A stretch of 64,000 nucleotides of DNA, taken from positions 372,001-436,000 of the forward strand of contig JAVHYY010000154.1 of NCBI GenBank assembly GCA_035221665.1. The letters run 5' to 3'. How positions within the stretch are numbered: position 1 is the first letter of the stretch; the number at the start of each line of letters is the position of its first letter. Position numbers and translations under genes: made by a program. The stretch comes from Okamejei kenojei (lineage: Eukaryota). The notes below the pieces were generated by a model. It worked only from the letters and a program-made list of their open reading frames with translations, ran no database searches and was not told the DNA's origin. This document shows, in pieces, positions 1 to 13,568 of this stretch.

Positions 1-153
1 ATATTTTCCACAAACACAACAGAGAACAAACAATCGAGAAATGGGTTTTTGTATAATCGGTAAAGAAACGTTCCCCACATAACTAAAAACGAGAAAGTCA
101 CCCAGAGATGATACCATTAATCTCTTGTTGCCCATGGTTAAGTCACATTTTAC

Positions 154-223
154 CTGGAACACCGAAAGTAGCAACAATCGAATAATAAACGGCGAAGACA
201 GGTCCATTTCCAGGCGCATGCAT
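154..223 (-). CDS. Exon 1 of GPR139/142-like GPCR paralog A (exon 2 lies left of the window)
   Basis: ATG at 223 reads MHAPGNGPVFAVYYSIVATFGVP+G, then a GTAAAA donor. Same 70-nt length and phase as exon 1 of paralogs B and C. TATATATAA at 282-274 upstream. Confidence 0.85.
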
Positions 224-830
224 TTTCCTGAAGAAATGGCGAGTTGCAATCTCTAACAGAGCCATTGCTGTCCTTATATATAGTCCAGATAGCAATCTCG
301 AGAGCAATAACATCATAATAATCGTTAGTTACAGCTACTTGAACAAATAAATTAAGGCAGTCATCTGCACACGTTTGTTACCTAATTAGAGGTGAAGACA
401 TACAGGTTTTTGATGGAATATTGCCCGTATTTGGATGAAAAAGAACAATTAACTGACAGTAGGTAGCTGCTAATATTTTCAAGGAGCGAAGATAGAGTGA
501 GATAAAATGCAAAATATGTGAGATGAATTAGAAAACGAGAGTATGAACACAATATTGACCGAAAGACCTAACGCATCATTGCTTTTCAGGGAGGAGGAGA
601 TTTCACCTTGTAAAAGTTCACGTTCTCAAATTACAGGAGTGGAATTACGCCATTCGGACCATCGAGTCTATTCCGCCATTAAATCACGGCTGATCTCCGT
701 CTCCTCATCCCATTGTCCTGCCTTCAGAGCGAGAGAATTTGAGTATAGCAGCAAACATGTTCCACTGCGGTTGGAAATGGCTCTGGTGAGCCCACACTTG
801 GATTATTGTGTCTCGTTTTGTCTCCAAATA

Positions 831-2552
831 ACCATATGACCATATATCAATTACAGCACGGGAACAGGCCCTCTCGGCCCTTCCAGTCCGTGCCGACCAT
901 TTGTTTTCCCCTAGTCCCATCTACCTGCACTCAGACCATACCCCTCCATTCCCTTCACGTCCATATACCTATCCACTTTACTCTTAAATGTTAAAATCGA
1001 TCCTGCCTCCACCACTTCTGCTGGAAGCTCATTCCACACAGCCACCACCCTCTGAGTAAAGAAGTTCCCCCTCACGTTACCCCGAAACTTCTGTCCCTTA
1101 ATTCTCATGTCATGCCCTCTTGTTTGAATCTTCCCTACCCTCAATGGGAAAAATGTATCCACGTTAACTCTGTCTATCCCATCATCATTTTAAAGACCTC
1201 AATCAAGTCCCCCCTTAACCTTCTGCGCTCCAAATGAATAAAGACCTAACTTGTTCAACCTCTCTCTGTAACAGAGTTGCTGGAACCCTGGCAACATTCT
1301 GGTAAATCTCCTCTGTACTCTCTCTATTTTGTTGACATCCTTCCTATAATTAGGCTACCAAAATTGTACACCGTACTCCAGAATTGGTCTTACCAATGCC
1401 TTGTACAATTTTAACATTACTTCCCTACTCCTATATTCAATGCTCTGATTTATAAAGGCCAGCACACCAAAGGCTTTCTTTACCACCCTATCTACATGCG
1501 ATTCCACCTTCAGGGAACTATGCACAGTTATTCCTAGATCCCTCTGTTTCACAGCATTCCTCAATTCCCTACCATTTACCATGTACGTCCTATTTTGATT
1601 TGTCCTGCCAAGATGTAGCACTTCACACTTAACAGCATTAAACTCCATCTGCCATCTTTCAGCCCACTTTTCCAAATGGCCCAAATCTCTCTGTAGACTT
1701 TGAAAATCGACTTCATTATCCACAACACCACCTATCTTAGTATCATCTGCAAACTTACTTATCCAATTTTCCACCCCATCATCCAGATCATTGATGTACA
1801 TGACACACAACAGTGGACCCAACACAGATCCCTGAGGCACCCTACTGGTCACCGGCTTCCAACCTGACAAACAGCCATCCACCATTACTCTCTGACATCT
1901 CCCATTCAGCCACTGTTGAATCCATCTTGCTACTCCGCCATTAACACCCAAAGATTGAACCTTCTTAACCTACCTTCCATGGGGAACCTTGTCAAAGGCC
2001 TTACTGAAATCCATATAGACAACATCCACTGCTTTACCCTCATCAATTTCCCTAGTTACCGCTTCAAAAAATTCAAGAAGGTTTGTCAAACATGACCTTC
2101 CAGGCACAAATCCATTTTGACTGTTCCTGATCAGACCCTGTTTATCCAGATGCTTATATATATTATCTCTAAGTATCCTTTCCATTAATTTGCCCACCAC
2201 TGACGTCAAACTAATAGGTCTATAATGGCTAGGTTTATTATTTGAACCCTTTTTAAACAATGGAACAACATGCGCAATACGCCAATCCTCCGGCTCAATT
2301 CCCGTTTCTAATGACATTTGAAATATTTCTGTCATAGCTCCTGCTATGTCTACACTAACTTCCCTCAGTGTCATAGGGAATATCCTGTTAGGACCTGGAA
2401 ACATATCTCCTTTTATATTTTTCAAAAGTGTCAGTACCTCCTCCTCTTTGAATCACATAGTTTCCATAGCTACTCTACATTTTTCCCTTACCTCACAGAG
2501 TTCGATATCCTTCTCCTTGGTGAATACCGAAGAAAAGAAATTGTTCAATATC
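831..2552 (-). mobile_element. CR1-clade LINE (HER1-like), 5'-truncated RT and 3' end, nested in an older CR1 fragment
   Basis: ORFs 1970-2425, 1355-1951 and 911-1162 encode RT motifs (DFSKAFDKV, PQGSVLGP, FADD). (TATGGT)-type tail near 831. Confidence 0.9.
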
Positions 2553-3363
2553 AAATCTGGGGAAGGTCAATCTTGCTATTGATGTAAACGTTTTCACCTG
2601 GATAGTTGCGATTCTGCGGAATTCTCAGACTCATTGAGGGCAGTGGAGGCCAATTCACTGGATGTTTTCAAGAGAGAGTTAAATATATCGCTCTTCGGGC
2701 GAATGGAAGCAAGGGATATGGGGAAAAAGCAAGAACTGGGTACTGATTTTACATGATCAGCCATGATGAAATTGAATGGCGGTACTGGCTCGATTGGCGG
2801 AATGGCCTAGTCCTGCACATATTTTCAGTTTCTATGTTTCTTTGATTCCACATAACACTTGACACATTTTCTAATCAAGAATTTGTCTATCTCTGGATTA
2901 AAAATATTTACTGACGTCCTCCACAGCCCTCAATGGCAATGAGTTCCATAGATTAACTACTCTCTGGTAGTGATGTTGATCCTCACCTCCTTCCTAAAGG
3001 AGCGCCCTTTAATTCTGTGGCTAAGATCTCTTGTCCAAGACCCTCCCACTAGTGGAAAAATCGTTTCCACATCCACTCTATCTACATATTTCATTATTTT
3101 GTAAGTTGCAATGAGGTCTCCCCTCAAACTTTTAAAGTCAGCGAGTAGCGGCCCAGTGCTTTTAAACGTACGTTGCAAGCTCACCCACACATTCCCCGAA
3201 CCATTCTTGTAACCCTCCTCTGGACCATTTCCAAAGAGGGTTCGGGAAGAGTCCGGACTGGAAACACAAGCTCCATAAACCCCTTGAGTTTCGCTTGCAG
3301 TTTTGAACGTTCAATTTAAAGTCGCCATTACGCAGGGTCTTATTGCATGAAGGCACAGACACA

Positions 3364-3544
3364 NNNNNNNNNNNNNNNNNNNNNNNNNNNNNNNNNNNNN
3401 NNNNNNNNNNNNNNNNNNNNNNNNNNNNNNNNNNNNNNNNNNNNNNNNNNNNNNNNNNNNNNNNNNNNNNNNNNNNNNNNNNNNNNNNNNNNNNNNNNNN
3501 NNNNNNNNNNNNNNNNNNNNNNNNNNNNNNNNNNNNNNNNNNNN
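3364..3544. other. Assembly gap (181 N)
   Basis: Run of N. Confidence 1.
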
Positions 3545-3786
3545 ACAATAGGTGCAGGAGTGTGCGATTCGGCCCTTTGAGCCAGCACCGCCATTCAATT
3601 GTGATCATGGCTTATCATCACCAATCAATACCCCGTTTCTGCCTTTTCCCCATATCCCCTGACTCCGCAATCTGTATTATAGTTCCACTGACGGGAATGC
3701 ACAAGACAAAAGCTTTTCGCTGCACCTCGGTACACCTGGAAATAAACTGTACTTTAACCTGAATAATAATCTGATCCGACTGCACA

Positions 3787-6581
3787 TTGAAACATAGAAA
3801 CATAGAAAATATGTGCAGCAGTAGGCCATTCGGCCCTTCGAGCCTGCATCGCCATTCAATATGATCATGGCTGATCATCCAACTCGGTATCCTGTACCTG
3901 CCTTCTCTCCATACCCCCTGATCCTTTTAGCCACATGGGCCACATCTAACTCACTCTTAAATATAGCCAATGAACTGGCCTTAACTACCTTCTGTGGCAG
4001 AGAATTCCAGAGCCTCACCACTCTCTGTGTGAAAAATGTTTTCCTCATCTCGGTCCTAAACGAATTCCTCCTTATCCTCCGACTATGGCCCCTTGTTATG
4101 GGACTCCCGAACGTCGGGAACAATGTTCCTGCATCTAGCCAATCCAACCCCTTAAGAAATTTGTAAGTTTCTATAAGATCCCCCCCCCCCAGTCTTCTAA
4201 ATTCTGGCGAGTACAAGCCAAGTCTATCCAGTCTTTCCTCATATGAAAGTCCTGACATCCCAGGAATCAGTCTGGTGAACCTTCTCTGTACCCCCTCTAT
4301 GGCAAGAATGACTTTTCTCAGATTTAGAGACCAAAACTGTACGCAATACTCCAGGTGTGTTCTCATCAAACCCCTGTACAGCTGCAGCAGAACCTCCCTG
4401 CTCCTATACTCAAATCCTTTCGCTATGAATGCTAACATACCATTTGCTTTCTTCACTGCCTGCTGCACCTGCATGCCTACTTTCAATGATTGGTGTACCA
4501 TGACACCCAGGTCTCGTTGCATCTCCCCTTTAACTAATTTGCCACCATTCAGATAATAGTCTACCCTGCTGTTTTTGCCACCAAAGTGGATAACCTCACA
4601 TTTATCCACATTATACTGCATCTGCCATGCATTTGCCCACTCACCCAGCCTATCCAAGTCACCTTGCCGCCTCCTAGCATCCTCCTCACACCTAACACTA
4701 CCCCCCAGCTTAGAGTCATCCGCAAACTTGGAGATGTTGCATTCAATTCCCTCGTCCAAATCATTAATATGTATTGTAAATAGCTGGGGTCCCAGCACTG
4801 AGCCTTGCGGTACCCCACTAGTCACTGCCTGCCATTCTGAAAAGGACCCATTTACTCCTACCCGTTGTCTTCTGCCTGCCAACCAGTTCTCTACCCACAT
4901 CAATACTGAACCCCCAATACCATGTGCTTTAAGTTTGTATACTAATCTTGTATGTGGGACCTTGTCGAAAGCCCTCTGAAAGTCTAGCTATAACACATCC
5001 ACTGGTTCTCTGTTATCCACTCTGCTAGTTACATCCTCGAAAAATTCTATAAGATTCGTCAGACATGATGTTCCTTTCGTAAATCCACGCTGACTTTGTC
5101 TAATGATTTCACCACTTTCCAAATGTACTGCTATCCCATCTTTAATAGCTGACTAGCAGTTTCCCCACTACCGATGTTAGACTAACTGCTCTGGAATTCC
5201 CCGTTTTCTCTCTCCCTCCCTTTTTAAAAAGTGGGGTTACATTAGCTACCCTCCAATCCTCAGGAATTACTTGTGTACTCTGGGATGCAGACTATCTGGC
5301 CCTGGGGATTTATCGGCCTTTTATCCATCCAATTTACCCAACACCACTTCCCGGCTAATCTGGATTTCACTCAGTTCCTCCACCTTATTTGACCCCCGGT
5401 CCCCTGCTATTTCCGGTAGATTAATTATGTCTTCCTTAGTGAAGACAGGACCAAAGTAGTTATTCAATTGGTCTGCCATGTCCTTGTTCCCCATAATCAG
5501 TTCACCTGGTTCTGACTGCAAGGTACCTACATTTGTTTTAACTAATCTCTTTCTCTTCACGTATTTATAAAAACTTTTGCAGTCAGTTTTTATGTTCCCT
5601 GCCAGTTTTCTTTCATAATATATTTTCCCTTTCCTAATTAAGCCCTCTGTCCTCTGCTGGATTCTGAATTTCTCCCAGTCGTCTGGTAGGCTGCTTTTTC
5701 TGGCTAATGTGTACGCTTCATCTTTTGTTATTATACTATCCATGATTTCCTTTGTAATCCATGGATGCACTACATTCCCTGATTTATTCTTTTGCCAAAC
5801 TGGGATGAACAATTGTTGTCGTTCATCCTTGCAGTCTTTAAATACCTTCCATTGCACATCCACTGTCAACCCTTTAAGAATCACTTGCCAGTCTATCTTG
5901 GCCAATTCACGTCTCATATCTTCAAAGTTACATTTGCTTATGTTCAGAAGCCTTGTTTATGACTTAATTATGTCACTCTCCATCCTAATGAAGAACTCAA
6001 CCATATTATGGTCACTCTTGCCCAAGGGGCCACGCAGAACAAGACTGCTAACTAACCCTTCCTCATTACTCAATACCCAGTCTAGAATAGCCTTCTCTCT
6101 CGTTGGTTCCTCTACATGTTGGTTTAGAAAACTATACCGCATACATTCCAAGGAATCCTCTTCCTCAGCACCCCTGCCCATTTGATTCACCCAATCTATA
6201 TGTAGATTGAAGTCACCTATTATAACTGTTTAACCCTTGTTGCACGCATTTCTAATTTCCTGTTTGATGCCATCCCCACTACTACTGTTAGGTGGCCTGT
6301 ACACAAAAGTTTTATGCTCCTTAGAATTTCGCAGCTCTACCCATATCGATTCCACATCCTCCAAGCTAATGTCCTTCCTTTCTATTGCATTAATCTCCTC
6401 TCTCACCAGCAACGCTACCCCACCTCCCTTTACTTTCTGCCTATCCCTCCTGAATATTGAATATCCCTGGATGTTCAGCTCCCAGCCTTGGTCGCCCTGG
6501 AGCCATGTCTCCGCGATCCCAACTATAGCATAGTCATTAATAGCTATCTGCACATCAACTCGTCCACCTTATTACGAATGC
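3787..6581 (-). mobile_element. CR1-clade LINE, near-complete but disrupted ORF2 (APE endonuclease + RT), inserted into a V segment
   Basis: ORFs 6230-6553 (GIAETW, GGGVAL), 5957-6190 (SDHN), 5321-5917 and 3875-4903 (PQGSVLGP, FADD). (TTTCTATG)n tail at about 3790-3808. Confidence 0.92.
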
Positions 6582-6865
6582 ATACTGGCCGGAGTCCTGA
6601 AGCTTTGCTTGTGTGATTGTCAACGGGATATTCCCTCCATTGGCCTGATCACCCGCGAACCTCTCCCTTGCAAAATCCGCTTTTTCATTGTTACTGTTAT
6701 CCCGGTACAAAATAAACTGCGGAGCCAGATCTGCTTGCAGTCGGTACCAATATAGGTCGGGGTCGCTGATACCTGTCGAGTACCTGTACTGTATTTTCAC
6801 TGTCTTTCCCTCAGCCACACTTAATGTGGCCTGCGGCTGCGTTACCGACTCTCCACGAATATCCC
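6582..6865 (-). pseudogene. TCR alpha/delta-type V exon pseudogene (V-psi1)
   Basis: Acceptor ttttttttcag at 6866, then GDIRGESVTQPQATLSVAEGKTVKIQYRYSTGISDPDLYWYRLQ...PQFILYR...RF...LTITQAKLQDSGQY. The first Cys is Tyr (TAC), and the CR1 LINE cuts the exon before the second Cys. Confidence 0.88.
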
Positions 6866-6962
6866 CTGAAAAAAAACCATTGGTGAATTGTGTTCAGCAT
6901 TGAATTGGAAAGCTGGAAACGTGGCATAAAACACAACGGAGAAAAGGCAACGCGAAACTTAC

Positions 6963-7002
6963 CGAACACTGTGCATATTATCATAAGAATGTGCGAGAAC
7001 AT
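6963..7002 (-). pseudogene. Leader exon of V-psi1
   Basis: ATG at 7002, MFSHILMIICTVF+G, GTAAGT donor. Phase-1 splice across a 97-nt intron joins the V exon in frame. Confidence 0.85.
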
Positions 7003-7149
7003 GGTCTCGTGGTTAACTTCGGTAGCAAACTTCTGCAATAGCTTCTCCGTTACCTGTAATGATAGGACGGGGCACTATATCTGGATTGAGGCGATTGAGG
7101 CACCGTTCAAGGCGGAAGGTGCACCTAAGCTGAGGAAGTATCTACCTTT

Positions 7150-7425
7150 GGCGGCCGGGCGGCGCAGCGGTAGAATTGCTGCGCCAGTGACCCGGGTCGA
7201 AACTGACCACGGGTGTTGCCTTATTTCTCACTGTCACCTTCGTGGAGTTTGCAGCTTCTCCCTGTCACCTTCGTGGGTTTTTTCTGCGGGCGCTCCGGTT
7301 ACTCCCACACTGCAAAGACGTAGGCTAATTGGCTTGGAAAAAATAGTAAATTATCCCCAGTGTGCGTAGGCTAGTGTTAGTGTGTGGCGATCGCTGTTGG
7401 GCGCGGACTCGGAAGAAAGGACATT
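7150..7425 (+). mobile_element. tRNA-derived V-SINE (HE1-like)
   Basis: GGCGCAGCGGTAGA A-box-like head, central GGGTTTT...CTCCCACA...AAAGAC domain, LINE-like 3' end. Confidence 0.75.
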
Positions 7426-7596
7426 TCGCACAGCATCTTATAACTGATCAAACCAAATTTAAATCAAGTAAGCGGCAGTCTTTTAACGCGAGTAATGACC
7501 TGGGCGTTTTTTTGCTACTTACTCAGACGTCATGTGTTGGGCAGCATTGGAGTGTTCTCCATCCTGCCTCCCACATCATCAATTGGTATTATTAGC

Positions 7597-7855
7597 GCGG
7601 AAACAGGCCGTTCGCCCCACCACGCCAAGCAGCGATCTCCACACACTAACACTATCCCACGCACACTAACGATACTTAACAATAGTACCAAGTCAATTAA
7701 CCTACAAACCTGAGGGTCTTTGGAGTGTGGGGAGAATCCGAAGATCCCGGAGAAAGCCCACGCAGGTCAAAACCCACGCAGGTGAAACATAAACCTCCGT
7801 ACAGATAATACCAGGATCGAAACCGGATTTCTGGCGCTGCGCCACCGTGCCGATA
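7597..7855 (-). mobile_element. V-SINE (HE1-like), inverted relative to the 7150 copy
   Basis: Reverse complement of the same SINE body. Confidence 0.7.
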
Positions 7856-8793
7856 ATTTGCATTGGTACTGATTTATTGGTAATGAGATACGGCGGAAAC
7901 GTTGTTGTTTGTGTCATTTTGGCAGCTCACACCCTGCACTAGTACAACAAAAGCATACATTAATGCAAACGGTGGTGTGAAACGAGAAAGATATGCGGAA
8001 TATACTGTTGCACCCCGTTGGAAATGAAATAAATGTATTTTCTATTCAGAAGGTGCAACACGTAGAAATGTTTCCCTCTCATAATGCAAATGAGGACGGA
8101 AAATAATGGAGACCTTAATGGAAGAGAAAAGACGAGACAAAAGGGAGACATAAATTGAAAGTGCAATAGGAATGTGAGAAAAAGTAAAGAGGCCAAAGGA
8201 AGATAAAGCGAGCAAACCTAGTACCGACTGATGAGCAAAGGAATTGCTGGACGATCTAGGGTCTCGACCCAATACATCTCCATTGCCTTTTCTCCAGAGA
8301 TGCTGCTTCAACACTGAGTTACTCCAGCATGTTGGTTTGATCTTTGATAGAATAACTCAGCGAGCCAGGTGGCTTCTGTGGGGGATGGTCAGAATCCGTT
8401 TCTCGTGGGGAGCCTTCTTCAGCGGTGCCATCAAAGTCTGACAAACGTTTGAGACCCGAAACGTCGTTGACCCATTTCCCTCCACAGATGTTGCCTGGCC
8501 CACATAGTTCCTCGAAATGCCCAGGACTCCGGAAGTAACACTCCACCTCTCCACCGACTGTCATTTCTTTTTCCGGTGTCAGTCTCCAGGTGCTGCTTGT
8601 CACTGTTGCCCATTAGACCTCTAATGTCTCCTAATCCTTCATCAATAACTGCCTCCTGCGTGACGGATATGCTACCACAGCTACTTAAAAACCAAACCCG
8701 CAGACAAACTATTTTTCACGTTTGCAAAAGAGAGGAGGGAAGGAAGCGCTACATAATATCATGCGTGAAGGTAATTAATTCATATTTTATTAA

Positions 8794-9735
8794 ACATAGA
8801 AACATATAAAATAGGTGCACGAGGAGGCTATTCGGCCCTTCGAGCCAGCACCGCCTTTCATTGTCATCATGGCTGATCGTCCCCAATAAATAACCAGTGC
8901 CTGCCTTCACCTAATATCACTTGATTCCACTAGCCCCTAGAGCTCCATCTAACTCTCTCTTAAGTCCACGCAGTGATTTGGCCACCACAGCCAAATGTGC
9001 CAGTATGTGGCAGGGAATTCCACAAATTCACAACTCTCTGGGTGAAAACGCTTTTTCTCACCTCAGTCATAAATGGCCTCCCCTTTATTCTAAGACTGTG
9101 GCCCCTGGTTCTGGACTCGCTCAACATTGGGAAAATCTTTCCTGCATCCAGCTTGTCCAGTCCTTTTATAATTTTATATGTTTCTATAAGATCCCCCCTC
9201 ATTCTTCTAAACTCCAGTGAATACCAAAACTGTACACAGAACTCCAGATATGGTCTCACCAGAGCCCTATACAACTGCAGAATAACCTCTTTACTCCTAT
9301 ACTGAAATCCTCTTGTTATGAAGGCCAACATTCCATTAGCTTTCTTCACTGCCTGCTGTACCTGCACGTCAACTATCTGTGACTACTGCACAAGTACAGC
9401 CAGGTCTGGCTGCACCTCCCCCTTACCTAACCCAACCCCATTGAGATAATAATCTGCCCCTTGTTTTTGCCGCCAAAGTGGATAACCTCACATTTATCTA
9501 TGATATACTGCAACTGCCACGCATCTGCCCACTCACTCAACCTGTCCAGCCCACCCTGCATCCACCTAACATCCTCTTCACAGTTCACACTGCCACCAAG
9601 CTGTTTTGTCCTCCGCAGCCTTTCTAGCGTTGCTCCGAATTCCCTCTTCAAAATCATTAATATATGTGGGAAACAGTTGCGGCCCCAACACCGAGCCTTG
9701 CGGCACTCAACTCGTTCACTGCCTGCCATTCTGAA
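8794..9735 (-). mobile_element. CR1 LINE 3' fragment
   Basis: ORFs 8960-9367 and 9427-9813 match the CR1 RT C-terminus. CTATGTTT tail. Confidence 0.85.
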
Positions 9736-10899
9736 AGAGGGAACAAACGCAACGAACGGGAGAACCATGTTCAAAATTTCCTGTAGAGGGCCTGGGTCTA
9801 TATATCGACACAAGGCATCGACTATCCGTTTATCGCTACAGACAGTCTTTCATCCACAATGTTTTTCCAGTAGTTTGTGTGTTTGTCCCAATTCTTATTC
9901 ATTACCTAATTTACTCGCAGAATGCGTTCTTCAGACGAAGATTCAGGGGAAAGGGAAATGATAGACATGGACGGTGATATAAGTGTTAGTGGGATGTGGT
10001 TGTTTGATGGTGGGCGCGGTCTCGATTGATTAAGAGCCAATTTCTGTATATCTCCATGACTGAATGGGAAGATCACAAAATTTAGGTCCGCGATCCCTCG
10101 TCGCCCGGAAACAGGAAGGACATAATTACGTTGGAAATGCTGTAAAGGAGATTCTCCAGAATATTGCTTGAGATCTCTTTGGATTATCAAACTCACGAGC
10201 AAGGCTGGCTCGTTCCTGAGGGCGGAGTTTGATTCATGGGTAGTGGTTTTGGAGAGGAGCATGGTCCTCAAACTGGTGGAACATCTTGGGCAGTACAGAT
10301 CACCCCCTACATGACACACTTGTCAACCTGAGGCACAGACTGGTTCCAACGAATAGAGTACAGAACGCCACATGGTATATTTCTTGCCCGTGGCGATCAA
10401 ACGTTACAACTCCTTGGCCTTCTGTCGTGGGGTATACTGTCTCCCCCCCCCCCCTCCCTTCCCAAACCTTTGCACATTCCCAATCCTTTCTACTCGTCAC
10501 TTTAACTTAATGATTCATGTATCTTGTGTTTTATGACTGATGGCAGATCAACCTACGCTCCTGGGATAAATAAAGTTCTATCGGAATATAATTAAAATGA
10601 ACAGCAGGTGCTGGTTTATACCGAAGATAGATACAACATGTAAGTCGGGGAATCAGGCAGTATCCTTGGAGACATTTTCATTTGTGACGTTTCGGGTCAG
10701 GACCCGTCTTCAAATTATTTGCAGTGCCGAGAAACTGGATGCAAGACAAGACCAGGACAGATCAGGGTCGGCAGCAGATAACACCACGCAGAGTGATTCC
10801 GAAAGCCAATTGCTGGCTGTGGACGGTTTTATCCCAAGAGGGGAATTGCCAACTGTGGGACTGGTTAACCAACCTTTAATAGAGGAAAGGGAGGAGGGA

Positions 10900-12290
10900 G
10901 GGGAATGTTTGTATGTTACCTAAAATTAGAGAATTCAACGTTCATAGCAGTGGGTTGTAAGCTTCCCAAGCTAAGTGTGAGGTGTTGCTAGGCCAAAATG
11001 CTGGAGTAACATAGCGGGACAGGCAGCATCACTGAAGAGAAGGAATCTCGAGAGATATTGCCTGGCTGCTAAGTCACGCCAGCGATTTGTGTCTATCTTC
11101 GGTTTAAACCAGAATCTGCAGTTCCTTCCTACACATGAAGTGCTGCTCCTCCATTTTGCGTGTGCCCTCACTTTGGCAATGGAGTGGGTCCAGGTCAAAC
11201 ATGTTAGTTTAGGAAGGGAAGTGCAGTTTAAAAGGATAGGAATTGGGAGATCCGGTAGACGTTGGCGGATCCTGCGTATTGTTTACCGAAACAGTGGCGT
11301 GCCAACGCTTGGTCTCGTCGATGTACTGGACCATACATCTGGAACAGCGGTTGCAGTAGATTATGTTAGAGGAATTACTTGTGAACCTCTGTCTCAACTA
11401 GAAGGACTGGCGAGGTCCCTGGATGGAGTCGAGGGAGGAGGTATCAGGGCAGGTGTTAAATCTCCTGCGGTTGCGGGAGGAGAGGAGGTGCCTGGAGAAG
11501 AAGGGGTTTGGGTGGGATTGGATGAATGAAACAAATGGTTGAGGAGGGAGCGGTCACAACGCTGTGATTAGTGATCAGAGCACGATGAAGGTGACGGATA
11601 TTTCGAAGCATGATGTGTTGGATGCGGATGCTGGCTGGGGACGGTGTGAAAGGTAAGTACCAGAAACATTCTGTCGCTGTTGCATCTGGTCGGAGGGAGT
11701 GGGCGTAACGACGAGATTATAAAGAAGAGGCACAGAGGAGGAACGCGTGAAGAAGGATTAAAACCACGTTCACTAAAGTATAAATGTACCTCGAATATTC
11801 TTGTATGCAAAACCTTATATTGGAAGATGTTGCGGCGCAGATGGAGGAACTGAGAAAAGGGGTTAGCATTGTTGTAGGAGGCAGGGTTGGAAGAAATGTA
11901 GTGCTGGCATCTATGTGAGTCCGTATGTGTATCATAGAATTCAGTATATAATCTGCCTCCTGTGATGGAGGCAGGTAGATCAAGAAAGGGAAGAAAGGTT
12001 TCAAAAATAGCACGGGTGCATTTTTGGGCAGGGTGGAAGTCTTTCTCGTGTCCGGCCATCTTCTATATCACGCCCGGGATGCGCCACGTGGAAGCTTCTG
12101 CTTGCATCCGGTGCGGGGGGGGGGGGGGGGAGGTGGAAGTTAGTGGTAAGGTTAGTATGTCCATGAGATCTTCCCGGATGCAGGAGGTAGCCCCGACACA
12201 CCTTGTTTCTAGTACCTCCCCGCTAGCATGTGTGAAGATGGGTCCGACCGGAAACATCAGCTATCGTATTTCCCCATATATCACCTGACC
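10900..12290 (-). mobile_element. Penelope-like element remnant (RT + GIY-YIG endonuclease)
   Basis: ORF 11568-12059 has LPFLDL...LYT..Y...TDSH...SS.P...PFSQFLHLRR. ORF 11209-11397 has FTSNSSNIIYCNRCSRCMVQYIDETKR (GIY-YIG). Confidence 0.85.
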
Positions 12291-12524
12291 CGCTGTTGTT
12301 CCATCATTTTTGTCTATCTTAGTTGCTTGGAATTGTTGACTGGAATTACATGGAGGGGGTGGGGTTGGTGGTAAAGAGTTGGGGGCTACTGGCCTTAGAG
12401 TGTAAAACATTGAGGGGTGACATTATTGACCTGCACAAGATCACGAGGGACATGGACAAATCAAACGGCGCTCACAATCGTTTTCGCTGTGTAGAGAGTT
12501 CCAAAGCCAGAGGACTTAGGTGTA

Positions 12525-13014
12525 CGGCGTGTGCGGACGTGGCGCCAACGGACAAGACACCGAAGCAAAGGAGTCGAAGCCAAAGAACCGAATGGACACG
12601 AGGCCGAGACGTCAAATAATCGAAACAGTAGCAAGTCGAAACGCCAACTATCCGAAAGTATGGGACGCCTATATGCAAACTAACCGAAAGGGCGGAACAC
12701 CTAAAAGCAAACCAACCGAAATGCTGCGTCGCCTAAAAGCAAACTCATCGAATGCCGCTCTGTCGCCTACAAGCCAACGGACCGAATTTTCTTTTCTGTT
12801 GAGCGGCATTGCATTCGTTGGCTTGCAGGCGACGCCGCCTTTCGGGTAGGTGGCGTTTCGGTTCTCTTGATCTACCTGCCTCCATCACAGGAGACAAGGT
12901 TCGCTTCGTACTCTTTCGGTTAATTGGCATTTGTGCCTCGTTTGCATTCGGTTGTTTGGCTTCGACTTCTTTGCTTCGGCTTCTCGTCCGTCGGCGCCAC
13001 GTCCGAGTACCGCG
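12525..13014. mobile_element. Fold-back MITE with about 30-bp terminal inverted repeats, flanked by TA
   Basis: Left TA-CGGCGTGTGCGGACGTGGCGCCAACGGAC. Right end reverse-complements to TA-CGCGGTACTCGGACGTGGCGCCGACGGAC. Internal CCGAA/TTCGG sub-repeats are mirrored. It interrupts a CR1 fragment. Confidence 0.75.
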
Positions 13015-13568
13015 TACGGAGGTGAAATGGTGAAGAGGGATGCGAGCAGAAACATTTTTCACTCAGAGGTTTAGTCCGTATTTTAGTCCGTGTCTGGAAC
13101 GACGGGTGGAGCCGCGAGCCAGCCTCGCCAGCAGCTGTTCGTCTTTTCGATTTGTTTTGTTTTTAGTATGTCTAATAGTGTGTTTTAGTGTGTTTTAGTG
13201 TGTGTGTGGGGTGGGCGGGGGCGGGAATAGGGGGAAACGGTTTTTTAATCACTTACCTCAGTGGAATCCTTTCGATATGAAGGAGAGGTTCCAGAATGTG
13301 GGTCATCTACACATTTTAAAATTATTATCTACACTCCCAATTGCAATGTATCGTTCTGTTATTGAAATTTCCGTTGCTCGACTACAAAACCTCTGCAACG
13401 AAAAACCTTTTTCTATCCTACGGCCAACGTATTGCCAACGTTCTATCTGTCCATATAACGTCATGAGTTTATGTTGTGTATGTCCTTTCACGTAATCGAA
13501 GGGCTTCGATAGTTCATCCAACCAACCAATAATATCGTTAGTAACGGTTTAGTAAATTATCAACTTTG

